DNA of 64,000 bases from Marispirochaeta sp. (lineage in GTDB: Bacteria; Spirochaetota; Spirochaetia; JC444; Marispirochaetaceae), in contig CAXXFF010000002.1 in NCBI GenBank assembly GCA_963676835.2, positions 1,024,001 through 1,088,000 on the forward strand, in the 5' to 3' direction. This document shows, one piece after another, positions 19,154 to 27,989 of the stretch. Numbering within the stretch: position 1 is the first letter of the stretch; the number at the start of each line of letters is the position of its first letter. Made by a program: the position numbers and the translations under genes. The notes under the pieces are model-generated. The model made no database searches. It had not been told where the DNA came from and saw only the letters and a program-made list of their open reading frames with translations.

Positions 19154-20932
19154 ATGATAGAAAGCTTCAGTATTGAATACAATAAAAGAGGTGACCTTGA
19201 TCCTCTGAAATACCGCCTCGATAAATATTCTCCGAAAAATACACTTATTCAGGTTTTTTCCGGAAAGCCTGATCTGGCGGATATTGAAGAGGTTCTTGAA
19301 GACATTACCACCACCTATCCCGGAGTTCCTGTTATCGGGACAACTACTGCCGGTGAAATAATGGACGGGAATGTTTCAGATGGAAAGATTATCATCAGTT
19401 TTTTATTGTTCAATGATACTGCAGTTCAGTCTATTTTTATTAATCAGAATGATGATCTTGCCCTGGCCGGGCGTACCATTGGCGAGGCCTTTGCTTCCCT
19501 TGATCCCCGGGCTGTAATAGTCTTCGGCTGTGGTATTAAGGATAAGCGCACCATTGACGGATCTCCGCTGATTGCCGAACTTCAGCGCAAGCTGCCGCAA
19601 ACAGTCCTTGCCGGGGCGCAGGCCGGTGATAATGGTGCAGCCCTTTCTACCTTTGTGTTTACCGAATCGGGTATTACCGGGAATGGAGTTGCCGCAGCAG
19701 CTCTTTCGGGGGAACATCTTATTGTCAACAATCAGTATGATCTTGCCTGGATACCCATAGGCAAGAGCCTTACCATTACCAAAGCCAAAGGGCGCCGGGT
19801 ATATACCATAGATAACCAGACTCCCTATGATCTGTACAAGCATTATCTTGGACAGGCCGTAGCAGATGGGCTTCCCCTTTCTGCGGTAGATTTTCCCCTT
19901 ATGATCGAAAGGGATGGGATAACCATGGCTGTCCATGCCATGGGAGTAAACGATGACGGCTCTTTCGACTATATTCACAGCTTTCATACCGGGGAACAGC
20001 TTAAATTCGGGTTCTGCCATGCCGGACTGCTTGCTCTCAGTGCCCAGGAGACCTATGAGCACCTCAGTGAGCAACCGGTGGAAGCGGCATTTATGTACAG
20101 CTGTGTATCCAGAAAATGGATTCTCGGTGAGGATATTGATGTTGAGGTCTGCCCTGTAGGACAGATAGCACCCCTCTCCGGTTTTTTTGCCTATGGAGAA
20201 TATTTTTCTCTTCCGTCGGGAAAGAGCTTCTTTTTCAGTCAGACAATGACGGTACTGGGGCTGGCGGAACAGGACCGCAGTATTCCTCCCAATATTGAAA
20301 ATGGCCAGTTCTGTCCCGATAGAACCGAATCCCGTCAGCTGAAGACTTTAAAAGCTCTTCACCGTCTGGTGGAAACTTCAGCCCGGGAGATAGAAGAGAT
20401 TAATACTGAGCTGTTCCAGCTTGCTCAGAAGGATTCCCTTACCGGATTGTATAACCGCCGCTATCTGGATGCTCAGTTTGCTCTTGAAATAAAACGGGCC
20501 GGCAGGACCAGAAAACCACTTTCGGTAATTCTGATGGATGTTGACTATTTTAAACTCTACAATGATACCTATGGACATGTGGCCGGCGATAACTGCCTGC
20601 GGGGAATGGCTCTTGAGGTAAAGAAAATTCTGAAACGGCCGGTAGATCTTTTTGCCCGCTATGGGGGTGAAGAGTTTATCTGTGTTCTGCCCGAAACCGA
20701 CGGTGAAGGTGCACTGCACATAGCTGAACAGATACAAAAAAGCATACAAAACCTATCCTTCATTCATAGTGAGTCAAAGGTTTCGGATTTTGTCACAGTC
20801 TCCATGGGAATTATCACCGCCCGCCGGGTGGATAACAGTATGACCCAGGACTTTTTTATCAAAGCCTGTGATGCAAAACTTTATGAGGCAAAAGCTGCCG
20901 GAAGAAACTGTGTTATGTCAGGTGAATTGTAA
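19154..20932 (+). CDS. FIST (NosP-like) domain diguanylate cyclase
   Basis: IGTTTAGEI, GAQAGD, YSCVSR, GFFAYGE (FIST N and C) plus DSLTGLYNRR, RPVD, GGEEF. Confidence 0.92.
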   Translation: MIESFSIEYNKRGDLDPLKYRLDKYSPKNTLIQVFSGKPDLADIEEVLEDITTTYPGVPVIGTTTAGEIMDGNVSDGKIIISFLLFNDTAVQSIFINQNDDLALAGRTIGEAFASLDPRAVIVFGCGIKDKRTIDGSPLIAELQRKLPQTVLAGAQAGDNGAALSTFVFTESGITGNGVAAAALSGEHLIVNNQYDLAWIPIGKSLTITKAKGRRVYTIDNQTPYDLYKHYLGQAVADGLPLSAVDFPLMIERDGITMAVHAMGVNDDGSFDYIHSFHTGEQLKFGFCHAGLLALSAQETYEHLSEQPVEAAFMYSCVSRKWILGEDIDVEVCPVGQIAPLSGFFAYGEYFSLPSGKSFFFSQTMTVLGLAEQDRSIPPNIENGQFCPDRTESRQLKTLKALHRLVETSAREIEEINTELFQLAQKDSLTGLYNRRYLDAQFALEIKRAGRTRKPLSVILMDVDYFKLYNDTYGHVAGDNCLRGMALEVKKILKRPVDLFARYGGEEFICVLPETDGEGALHIAEQIQKSIQNLSFIHSESKVSDFVTVSMGIITARRVDNSMTQDFFIKACDAKLYEAKAAGRNCVMSGEL

Positions 20933-20950
20933 ACTGCCCGCAACTCAGCG

Positions 20951-22906
20951 TTACTTCTCAATCCGGTTTCTTCCCCGGTTTTTGGCAACATAGAGAAGTT
21001 CATCCGCCCTGCTTACCATTTTAGACGAGCTTTCTCCCAGATTCTCAGCAACGCCGCCGCTGATGGTTATTTTCCTGTTGGTATCAAATTCCCAGGTAAC
21101 TTTAGAAACCAGCTCCCGCAGTCTGTCTGCAAGATCATATGCTTCTTTCAATCCTGTTTCCGGAAGCACAACAAGAAATTCTTCTCCTCCGTACCTGCCG
21201 ATAATGTCGGTTTCTCTCAGGTTGTTTTTAATAACCTCCACAGTTTTCAACAGGACAAGGTCGCCAATCTGGTGCCCGTAACAGTCATTTACACTTTTAA
21301 AAAAGTCGATATCAAATAAAATGATGGAGAGACTGTTGTTATATCGGGTACTTCTCTTCACTTCTTCTTCGAGATACCCGCTGATGTACTTCTTGTTGAA
21401 AATCATGGTCAGGCCGTCTCTTATTGAGATATACCTCAGGGATTCCAGGGCCTTTTCTGCAATTGCTTCTTTCTCTTTCAGCCGCTCCGTCATGACATTA
21501 AAATAGTTGGTGACATCTCCCATTTCCGAGCCTATGTCTGATTCCAGTTTCTGTATCCCGTCTACTTTACTGTTTTCGATGATTTGTCTCATTGAGTTTG
21601 AAAGTTCAATGACGCTGGAGCATGACCCGTGTTCCGCGATATTCAAGCCGATCTTCTCATGCTCCGGCGAGACCCTGACCGGTATGAATCTTTTTATTCC
21701 CGCAAGGATAAGAAATGAAAGTCCAAATCCCCAGACAAAGCAGGTAATGACTCCGATACCCTGAATGCCGATCAGTTCGAGTCTGGTGTGGCTGAGTTCG
21801 GTAAGGATGCTGTTTTTTATAAAGACTCCGGTGGCAATGGTACCCCATACACCGGCAAAAGCGTGAACAGGAACAGCGGAAACAACATCATCAATACCTG
21901 CTTTTTCAAGCAGGTTCGTACCGTAGTAGACAATCAAACCGGCGACGATTCCGATTACCAGGGATGCGCCGGAGGGAACATAGGCACATCCTGCGGTGAT
22001 GGCAACCAGCCCTGCAATCACCCCGTTGATGATCATCTCCGGTTCCGGAAGCCTGCTTTTACCCATGGACATGCTTAAAAACATGGAGGTTATTCCCCCG
22101 AAGGAGGCTGCAATAATAGTATTCAGTACAATCTGTGCAACCCCGGGATCTGCTTCCAGAGAACTTCCGCCGTTAAAGCCGAACCAGGCGAAAAAGAGAA
22201 TAAAGGTACCCAGATAGGCAAATACAATATTGTGCCCCTGAATTTTCTGGGGAGTACCATCGGCAGCAAATCTACCCGTACGGGGACCGATTACAATCGC
22301 GCCGGCCAGGCCCACCCAGCCGCCGATGGAATGCACAACGCTTGATCCTGCAAAATCGAGAAAGCCCAGATTCTGCAGCCAGCCGGCCTGGTTTTCGTAG
22401 AAGAGTCCCCCCCAGGCCCAGTGGCCGAAAATAGGATAAATAAGCGCTGATGTAATAAAGGACATTATCAGATAGGTACTGAATTTTGCCCGCTCCGCCA
22501 CAACTCCGGAATCGATGGTTGCCGCGGTACCTACAAAAACAGCCTGAAAAGTAAAAAAGGTTGCTTTCCAGCTGTCATCATTAAAGGAGGTGAAAAAATC
22601 AGAAATACCCACAAGGCCGAGAAAAGATCTGCCGAACATCAGTCCGTACCCGATAAACCAGAAGGCGGCAATGGAGAAGATAAAGTCCGTAAGGTTTTTG
22701 ATGGCGACATTTATTGAGTTCTTCGCTCGTGAAAGTCCTGTTTCCAGGGCCATGAATCCTGCCTGCATAAGGAACACCAGCATTGCGGAGACTAGAACCC
22801 AGAGGATGTCGTCAAGAGATTTGCCGTTTGAAATACCTTCTGTAATTCCCTGGGAAAAGAGCGGATTCAGTAAAAGCAGCAGTGCGGGAACAAGGAGGTA
22901 TCGCAT
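20951..22906 (-). CDS. Ammonium transporter (Amt) fused to a GGDEF domain
   Basis: MQAGF..LETG, AER, HWAWGG, DFAGSSVVH, WFGFNGGS, DDVVSAVPVH; C-terminal RETD..GGEEF. Confidence 0.94.
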   Translation of the reverse strand: MRYLLVPALLLLLNPLFSQGITEGISNGKSLDDILWVLVSAMLVFLMQAGFMALETGLSRAKNSINVAIKNLTDFIFSIAAFWFIGYGLMFGRSFLGLVGISDFFTSFNDDSWKATFFTFQAVFVGTAATIDSGVVAERAKFSTYLIMSFITSALIYPIFGHWAWGGLFYENQAGWLQNLGFLDFAGSSVVHSIGGWVGLAGAIVIGPRTGRFAADGTPQKIQGHNIVFAYLGTFILFFAWFGFNGGSSLEADPGVAQIVLNTIIAASFGGITSMFLSMSMGKSRLPEPEMIINGVIAGLVAITAGCAYVPSGASLVIGIVAGLIVYYGTNLLEKAGIDDVVSAVPVHAFAGVWGTIATGVFIKNSILTELSHTRLELIGIQGIGVITCFVWGFGLSFLILAGIKRFIPVRVSPEHEKIGLNIAEHGSCSSVIELSNSMRQIIENSKVDGIQKLESDIGSEMGDVTNYFNVMTERLKEKEAIAEKALESLRYISIRDGLTMIFNKKYISGYLEEEVKRSTRYNNSLSIILFDIDFFKSVNDCYGHQIGDLVLLKTVEVIKNNLRETDIIGRYGGEEFLVVLPETGLKEAYDLADRLRELVSKVTWEFDTNRKITISGGVAENLGESSSKMVSRADELLYVAKNRGRNRIEK

Positions 22907-22998
22907 TCCTTCTCCTCAGTGGAAAATTGGTTTAGGCTTGGTTTATGTTAACTTCATCGGGGGAGTTAAGCAGCAAGCATAGATTAACATAATTACAT

Positions 22999-23014
22999 TG
23001 CAAAAAGCGTACCA
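22999..23014 (-). promoter_or_regulatory. sigma54 (-24/-12) promoter of amt-GGDEF
   Basis: Minus strand TGGTACGCTTTTTGCA = GG-N10-GC, about 90 nt upstream of the start. Confidence 0.7.
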
Positions 23015-23147
23015 TATACGTGTTGATATATTAATTCATTTATAGATAAGCATTTATAACCATTCTGTATAGCTCAGTGGCTGTTCGGTGGGCGTAAAGC
23101 TACAATTTTGAGGTTCCGGAATATTGTTTTTTACTTTCAGGTAAAAA

Positions 23148-23909
23148 CTACAGGGTAATTCTGTCTCCCGCATGAAATACGGTAACCGGCAGTCTGTCGC
23201 TCATATGTTTAAGGGTCGGGAAATCGATGCAGTGCATGGGATAGAAGAACTCCATATTCTTTTTCTCAAACCATGATACAGTCTCTACGACTGTTTCCCG
23301 GTTGTCATCAAACAGGTGCATGCCGCCGATAACTCCTCTCAAGGGTTGACCGGTAACCTCTTCCGCCTGAATACAGATATTTGCAATACCCGAATGGGAA
23401 CATCCGCTGATAACAATACAGCCTTTATCTGTTTTCAGAGCCAGGGCGGAATCTTCCCGCATGGGATCATCGTTATGCATTCCACTTTCGAAGGGGGTTT
23501 TCCTGGGGATTTGTCCGAGAAAAAACAGCCCGTCACCTATTTCAAGCGCTTCGGCTGAGAGTTCCAGGGTATAGCGTTTCTCTAAAAGGGCTTTCAGCCC
23601 GGCCGGCAATTTTTCCATAAGTTCCGGATGGGCGTACAGCTTTGTGCCGGGAGAGGGGGTAAAAAATTCCAGGCCGTCAGCATGATCCCAGTGGTGATGA
23701 GACAGGGTAACTCCGTTTACTGAAGCCAGGTCTGACTGCATATGTTCTGCATTCTTGAGAAAAAGTCCGGAGGGTCCGCCGTCGAGAAGGATGTGCTGCT
23801 TCTGCCAGTGTATCAACAGGCTCAATCCCCATTCCGCCTGACAGGTCCGGGCATGTTGTCTGCCTACGGTATTTTCCATCAGTATATCTACAGTCAGAGT
23901 GTTACTCAT
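23148..23909 (-). CDS. MBL-fold metallo-hydrolase (COG1237-like)
   Basis: EWGLSLLI, LSHHHWDHADG, SGCSHSG, GGMHL, PMHC. Confidence 0.88.
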   Translation of the reverse strand: MSNTLTVDILMENTVGRQHARTCQAEWGLSLLIHWQKQHILLDGGPSGLFLKNAEHMQSDLASVNGVTLSHHHWDHADGLEFFTPSPGTKLYAHPELMEKLPAGLKALLEKRYTLELSAEALEIGDGLFFLGQIPRKTPFESGMHNDDPMREDSALALKTDKGCIVISGCSHSGIANICIQAEEVTGQPLRGVIGGMHLFDDNRETVVETVSWFEKKNMEFFYPMHCIDFPTLKHMSDRLPVTVFHAGDRITL

Positions 23910-24061
23910 GCTTTTCTCTCTCCAGTGTGGATGCAGTTATTGATTTATAGTATCATTATTATTAGGCGAAGGTATAGCGTCGATATGGGGTGGATTATTG
24001 TTGCTCCCAACCTAAAAATCACGGTCTTCTTTTTCGTATCAAGGGGCATACTTGAACAGGG

Positions 24062-24994
24062 TTATTCAGTATTAAACACGGTGCAGCAGTTTCTGCCGTT
24101 TTTTTTCGATTCGTACAGACCCAGATCTGCCCGTTTAATAAAAGTCTCAATACTGTCGTTAGCATTCATCTGGGTAATACCGAAACTGGCGGTAATACGA
24201 AGGTTTTTAAGAATATCGGATTTTTCAATTAATATACGAAGTCTGTCCGCTACCTTCCGTGCGTCTATTGCCTGGGTGTACTGAAGGACAATGATGAATT
24301 CCTCTCCGCCGTATCGTACAAAACAATTTTCGCCGCGTATTGATTCGCTGATAATTTTAGATACCCTCACTAACACAATATCACCGTAATCATGGCCGAA
24401 ATTGTCATTAACTCGTTTGAAGTAATCAATGTCCAGCATAATGAGACTCAGGGGAAGCTTTTTTCTTTTGGCCAGAGGCATAGCCTGTGATAGATGCTCA
24501 ACCAGAAAGCGTCTGTTGAATACACCTGTAAGGTCATCTTTTCTGGTTAGTTCAGCGATTTTTTTATTGGCTTTCTCCAGCTGTGCATTCTTTTTGCCAA
24601 GTTCTCTGAGGAGGTTATTTGTATCGTTTGCAATACTGCTGAACGACGAAAGTGCATCTGTTTCTTCTGCATTCACCAGCTCTGATGCAATAATAATTTT
24701 CTGATCTATTTGTGCAGCTACAATTTTAAATTTTCTACAGTCTGGTTTGATGGGAACGTCATACATGGACAGGATGCGGCCGGTTTTCAGGTTACCCATA
24801 AATTCAGTTTTGTCGATCTCAAGGTAGGCGAAAATATCCGTATTGTTCAAATTGCTATTGTGAACGATTTGTTTAAAATATTTATTGGAACAGAGGATCT
24901 TAAAATCAACATCACATACACAATAGGCTACCAGGTTCAGGTTGTTGAATAATTCGATCAGTCCGCCTTGGGTCTGGCAGAATATACTATTCAT
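24062..24994 (-). CDS. Cytoplasmic diguanylate cyclase with PAS-like N-terminus
   Basis: DDLTGVFNRR, DIDYFK, GGEEF; ATG overlaps the upstream stop (ATGAATAG); I-site degenerate (RGEN). Confidence 0.9.
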   Translation of the reverse strand: MNSIFCQTQGGLIELFNNLNLVAYCVCDVDFKILCSNKYFKQIVHNSNLNNTDIFAYLEIDKTEFMGNLKTGRILSMYDVPIKPDCRKFKIVAAQIDQKIIIASELVNAEETDALSSFSSIANDTNNLLRELGKKNAQLEKANKKIAELTRKDDLTGVFNRRFLVEHLSQAMPLAKRKKLPLSLIMLDIDYFKRVNDNFGHDYGDIVLVRVSKIISESIRGENCFVRYGGEEFIIVLQYTQAIDARKVADRLRILIEKSDILKNLRITASFGITQMNANDSIETFIKRADLGLYESKKNGRNCCTVFNTE

Positions 24995-26078
24995 TTGTGT
25001 GGTCCGCAATTTCGTCCGCTTTGTTACGGGCATCTTCAAAACTGTATGCTATGTAATCTGCGTGGACAACTGTCGCAAGTTCCGGGAACTGGCGAAGGAG
25101 GTATCCCCCCAGAAAAACAGTGATCCTGCTTAATTCCTGATCCTCTTTTATGTGGTTTACCAGATCTATTACCTGATCAAGATTAAATGCCATTGTTATG
25201 GAAATCCCGAGAACATCGGGGGAGAATGATTTAAGTATCGCGATTACATCCTTAGTTGGTGTATTTGCCCCCAGATAGTGAACATCCCACCCGTCGAGCT
25301 CAAACATGTTTGCTATCATCCATGCGCCAATCTCATGAAACTCATTGGGTGCGGAGGTTATTAACATTTTTCCCTTCACCGCGTCCGGTACCTTCACATG
25401 CTGATAAAATGATGCAAGGATCCGGGAAACAATCGCGGAGGCAAGGTGTTCTTCTGCAACCGATATTTCTCCAAGCTCCCACTTCTTTCCTATCTGATAC
25501 ATAACCGGCTGGATCAAATTAAGATAGAAATCAGCAATATCAGCATCCTTGGCCAGATAGTCATTAACAATTGAGAAAACATCCTTCTGTCTTCCGGAGA
25601 TAAGTGAAGCTAAAAGTTTTTCCTGAAGAGGGGGCAACTGTGTAGGCCAGCTTTCTGTTTGTAACTGTTGAGAGAGGGCAATTGTTCTGGAGTGCTTTTC
25701 AATAAGCAGTTCATAGATTTTTACCAGTTCTTCTTTATCAAGCCCGGTTAGGGTTTGTTCTGCTGCAAGTCTCCAAAGCTTAAAGGCTGCAAGGAAGTAG
25801 TCATACCTGAATCCCTGATTATGGTACGCTCTGTATACCCAGGGCAGGGTGTGAAACAGTAAAGAGAAGTCTCCCAGCAGCAGTACCGTATTCATATAGG
25901 CAATATGATTTCTCTGCTGATCCAGCATGGTGGGGATGTTTATTTCACCGCCAATGAGAGCCGCAGTCTCAGAATTGTTCATCATCATGCTGTTAACTTT
26001 CTGCAGCAGCAGGTCTTTGTTTTGTTTTACCGTCTGTTTAAGACTTTCGGTAACTATAATGTTGTTTATATCACTCAT
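24987..26078 (-). CDS. Cobalamin-binding protein with N-terminal helical (globin-like) domain, photocobilin/CarH-like
   Basis: W-x9-EH cap (WELGEISVAEEH), EFHEIG, YLGANTP, GISITM, LGG; start could be TTG at 26126. Confidence 0.85.
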   Translation of the reverse strand: MSDINNIIVTESLKQTVKQNKDLLLQKVNSMMMNNSETAALIGGEINIPTMLDQQRNHIAYMNTVLLLGDFSLLFHTLPWVYRAYHNQGFRYDYFLAAFKLWRLAAEQTLTGLDKEELVKIYELLIEKHSRTIALSQQLQTESWPTQLPPLQEKLLASLISGRQKDVFSIVNDYLAKDADIADFYLNLIQPVMYQIGKKWELGEISVAEEHLASAIVSRILASFYQHVKVPDAVKGKMLITSAPNEFHEIGAWMIANMFELDGWDVHYLGANTPTKDVIAILKSFSPDVLGISITMAFNLDQVIDLVNHIKEDQELSRITVFLGGYLLRQFPELATVVHADYIAYSFEDARNKADEIADHTNE

Positions 26079-26147
26079 GGACGCGTTCCAGCTTTCTATT
26101 ATAGGTGATGGATCATGAGAAATCAAAAATTCTGCAGGTGTAAGATT

Positions 26148-26939
26148 TCAGGTGCTGAGCTTGAGAATCCTCATGGCTCCCTGGACTACCAGAATAAAAA
26201 CAATAGTACCTACAATCAGATCCGGAATTCCTGTATTCAGGAGATATACCAGAGACCCGGCAATAATTACCCCCAGATTGATAATTATATCGTTGGAGGT
26301 AAAAATCATACTGGCCCGCATATGTGCTTCACGGCTTTTAGACTTTTGCAGAATGTACAGACAGGCAGAATTTGCAGATAGTGCCATAAGTGAAAGGATG
26401 ATCATGGCCAGAAACTCCGGCATCAATTCAGCGGCGATAAATCTTCTGATAACTTCTGCCATTCCAATCAGAGCCAGAATCAGCTGAAAAATCCCCGCAA
26501 GTCTGGAAATACGATTCTTAAGAATCAGTGTACCGCCTACAGCAAACAGGCTGATGGCATAAACAAATGAGTCGGCCAGCATATCAAGGCTGTCTGCAAC
26601 CAGGCCCATGGACTGTGCGATCAATCCGAATACCATTTCAAGGATAAAAAAGGAGAAATTAATTATCAGAACCTGCCATAAAATTCTGCGCTGATTATTT
26701 TCCTCGGCAAACTGGGGCTTTTCAACCTCTTCAGAAGCAATCATCCTTCCGCCAAGATTCAGATCGAGTATTGAAGAGGAAATCTCTGCAAGTTTCCCTG
26801 TGTGATAAACAAAGATCCGTCGCTGGGCAATATCAAAATCTATATGTTGTATTTCATTAAAGCCTTCCAGTTTTATTCGAATCAGATTTTCCTCGGAAGG
26901 GCAGTCCATTTTTTCTATGCGATATTCTGTTTTCTGCAT
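26148..26939 (-). CDS. Cation diffusion facilitator (CzcD-like) with N-terminal HMA-like domain
   Basis: MDCPSEE; SMGLVADSLDMLAD; FTSNDII; PDLIVG. Confidence 0.87.
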   Translation of the reverse strand: MQKTEYRIEKMDCPSEENLIRIKLEGFNEIQHIDFDIAQRRIFVYHTGKLAEISSSILDLNLGGRMIASEEVEKPQFAEENNQRRILWQVLIINFSFFILEMVFGLIAQSMGLVADSLDMLADSFVYAISLFAVGGTLILKNRISRLAGIFQLILALIGMAEVIRRFIAAELMPEFLAMIILSLMALSANSACLYILQKSKSREAHMRASMIFTSNDIIINLGVIIAGSLVYLLNTGIPDLIVGTIVFILVVQGAMRILKLST

Positions 26940-27003
26940 TACATCCTCATATATACTATCCTAGCTGCTTACAATGTTACCGTCATTTCGCAAAAGTATG
27001 CTT

Positions 27004-27831
27004 CTACCACATGATAATCTCGGTTTTATCTTCTTCACTTGCAATATTAAACTGAAAGTAGTACTGAAGCCCGTTCTTCGAAGCCTGTGTTATATCCGGA
27101 ATAAACAGGGATTCTTCCTGTTTCAGGTTTGCGGTTTCAATATCAAGGGAGTAGATTAAATGGTTTTCATCAGTATCGTCCATTTTGGTTTCAAGGGGAG
27201 TGATTGTCAGTACTCCGTTTCGGTTCAGCCCGCTCTGCAGATTCAGGAAGCTGGAAAAATAGAGTTTTCCTGCTCTCCAACCGATCAGCCCGACTGTTCC
27301 CGGATATACATTGGTTGACATAATGGTATCTCCATCACGGCTTACCTTTATATCCGGGTGACCTTCTCCCGATGCATCCGTCGCCCAGCTTCTGCTTTCG
27401 GGATCATAGTCGACTGCCCAGCGCTGATCGGCCGAGCTGAACCGTATGTAGTCGAACCGGTAATCCGGTATAAACGAGAGGCTTGTAAAGTCAAAACAGG
27501 CAACTCCCTCCGGGCATTCTGCACATTTTTCTGCAAGGATAATTAAACCGGAGTCGTCGACGGTCCATTCCACATCCCGGATCTCCAGGTAATCCGGTAC
27601 TGTAACCTGAATAATACTCTTTAGGGGTTCCGCTTCAATTATACAGATTCCACTTCCAGCCTCGTTCGTTGTGACCAATGCAAGCCGGTTCCCGGTGTTG
27701 GCCCATGACCAGGTCTGAAGTCTACCTTCAACAGTAATTCTGGCGGGGTATTCCGGTGTATCTGACAGAAGGGGTGTCTGAGTAAGTGTCAGCAGGAAAA
27801 AGAAGCTGATAATGTGGTTCGATCTGATCAT
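27004..27831 (-). CDS. Hypothetical exported beta-rich (propeller-like) protein
   Basis: Signal-peptide-like N-terminus; WSW..GNRLA and VEWTVDD repeats. Confidence 0.65.
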   Translation of the reverse strand: MIRSNHIISFFFLLTLTQTPLLSDTPEYPARITVEGRLQTWSWANTGNRLALVTTNEAGSGICIIEAEPLKSIIQVTVPDYLEIRDVEWTVDDSGLIILAEKCAECPEGVACFDFTSLSFIPDYRFDYIRFSSADQRWAVDYDPESRSWATDASGEGHPDIKVSRDGDTIMSTNVYPGTVGLIGWRAGKLYFSSFLNLQSGLNRNGVLTITPLETKMDDTDENHLIYSLDIETANLKQEESLFIPDITQASKNGLQYYFQFNIASEEDKTEIIMW

Positions 27832-27989
27832 ATTGAAAGTTTTTCCTCTGGAAAATTAACCTGTTTTGTCTCTGTCTAATATAAGCTTCCAGCTTCATCT
27901 GGAATAGAGGCAATTTGACAAACCTGCTGGAAGCATTAAGCTTAGTGTAATAACCCGTACTGCGGGTTGTCCTAAATAAGGAAGCACAA

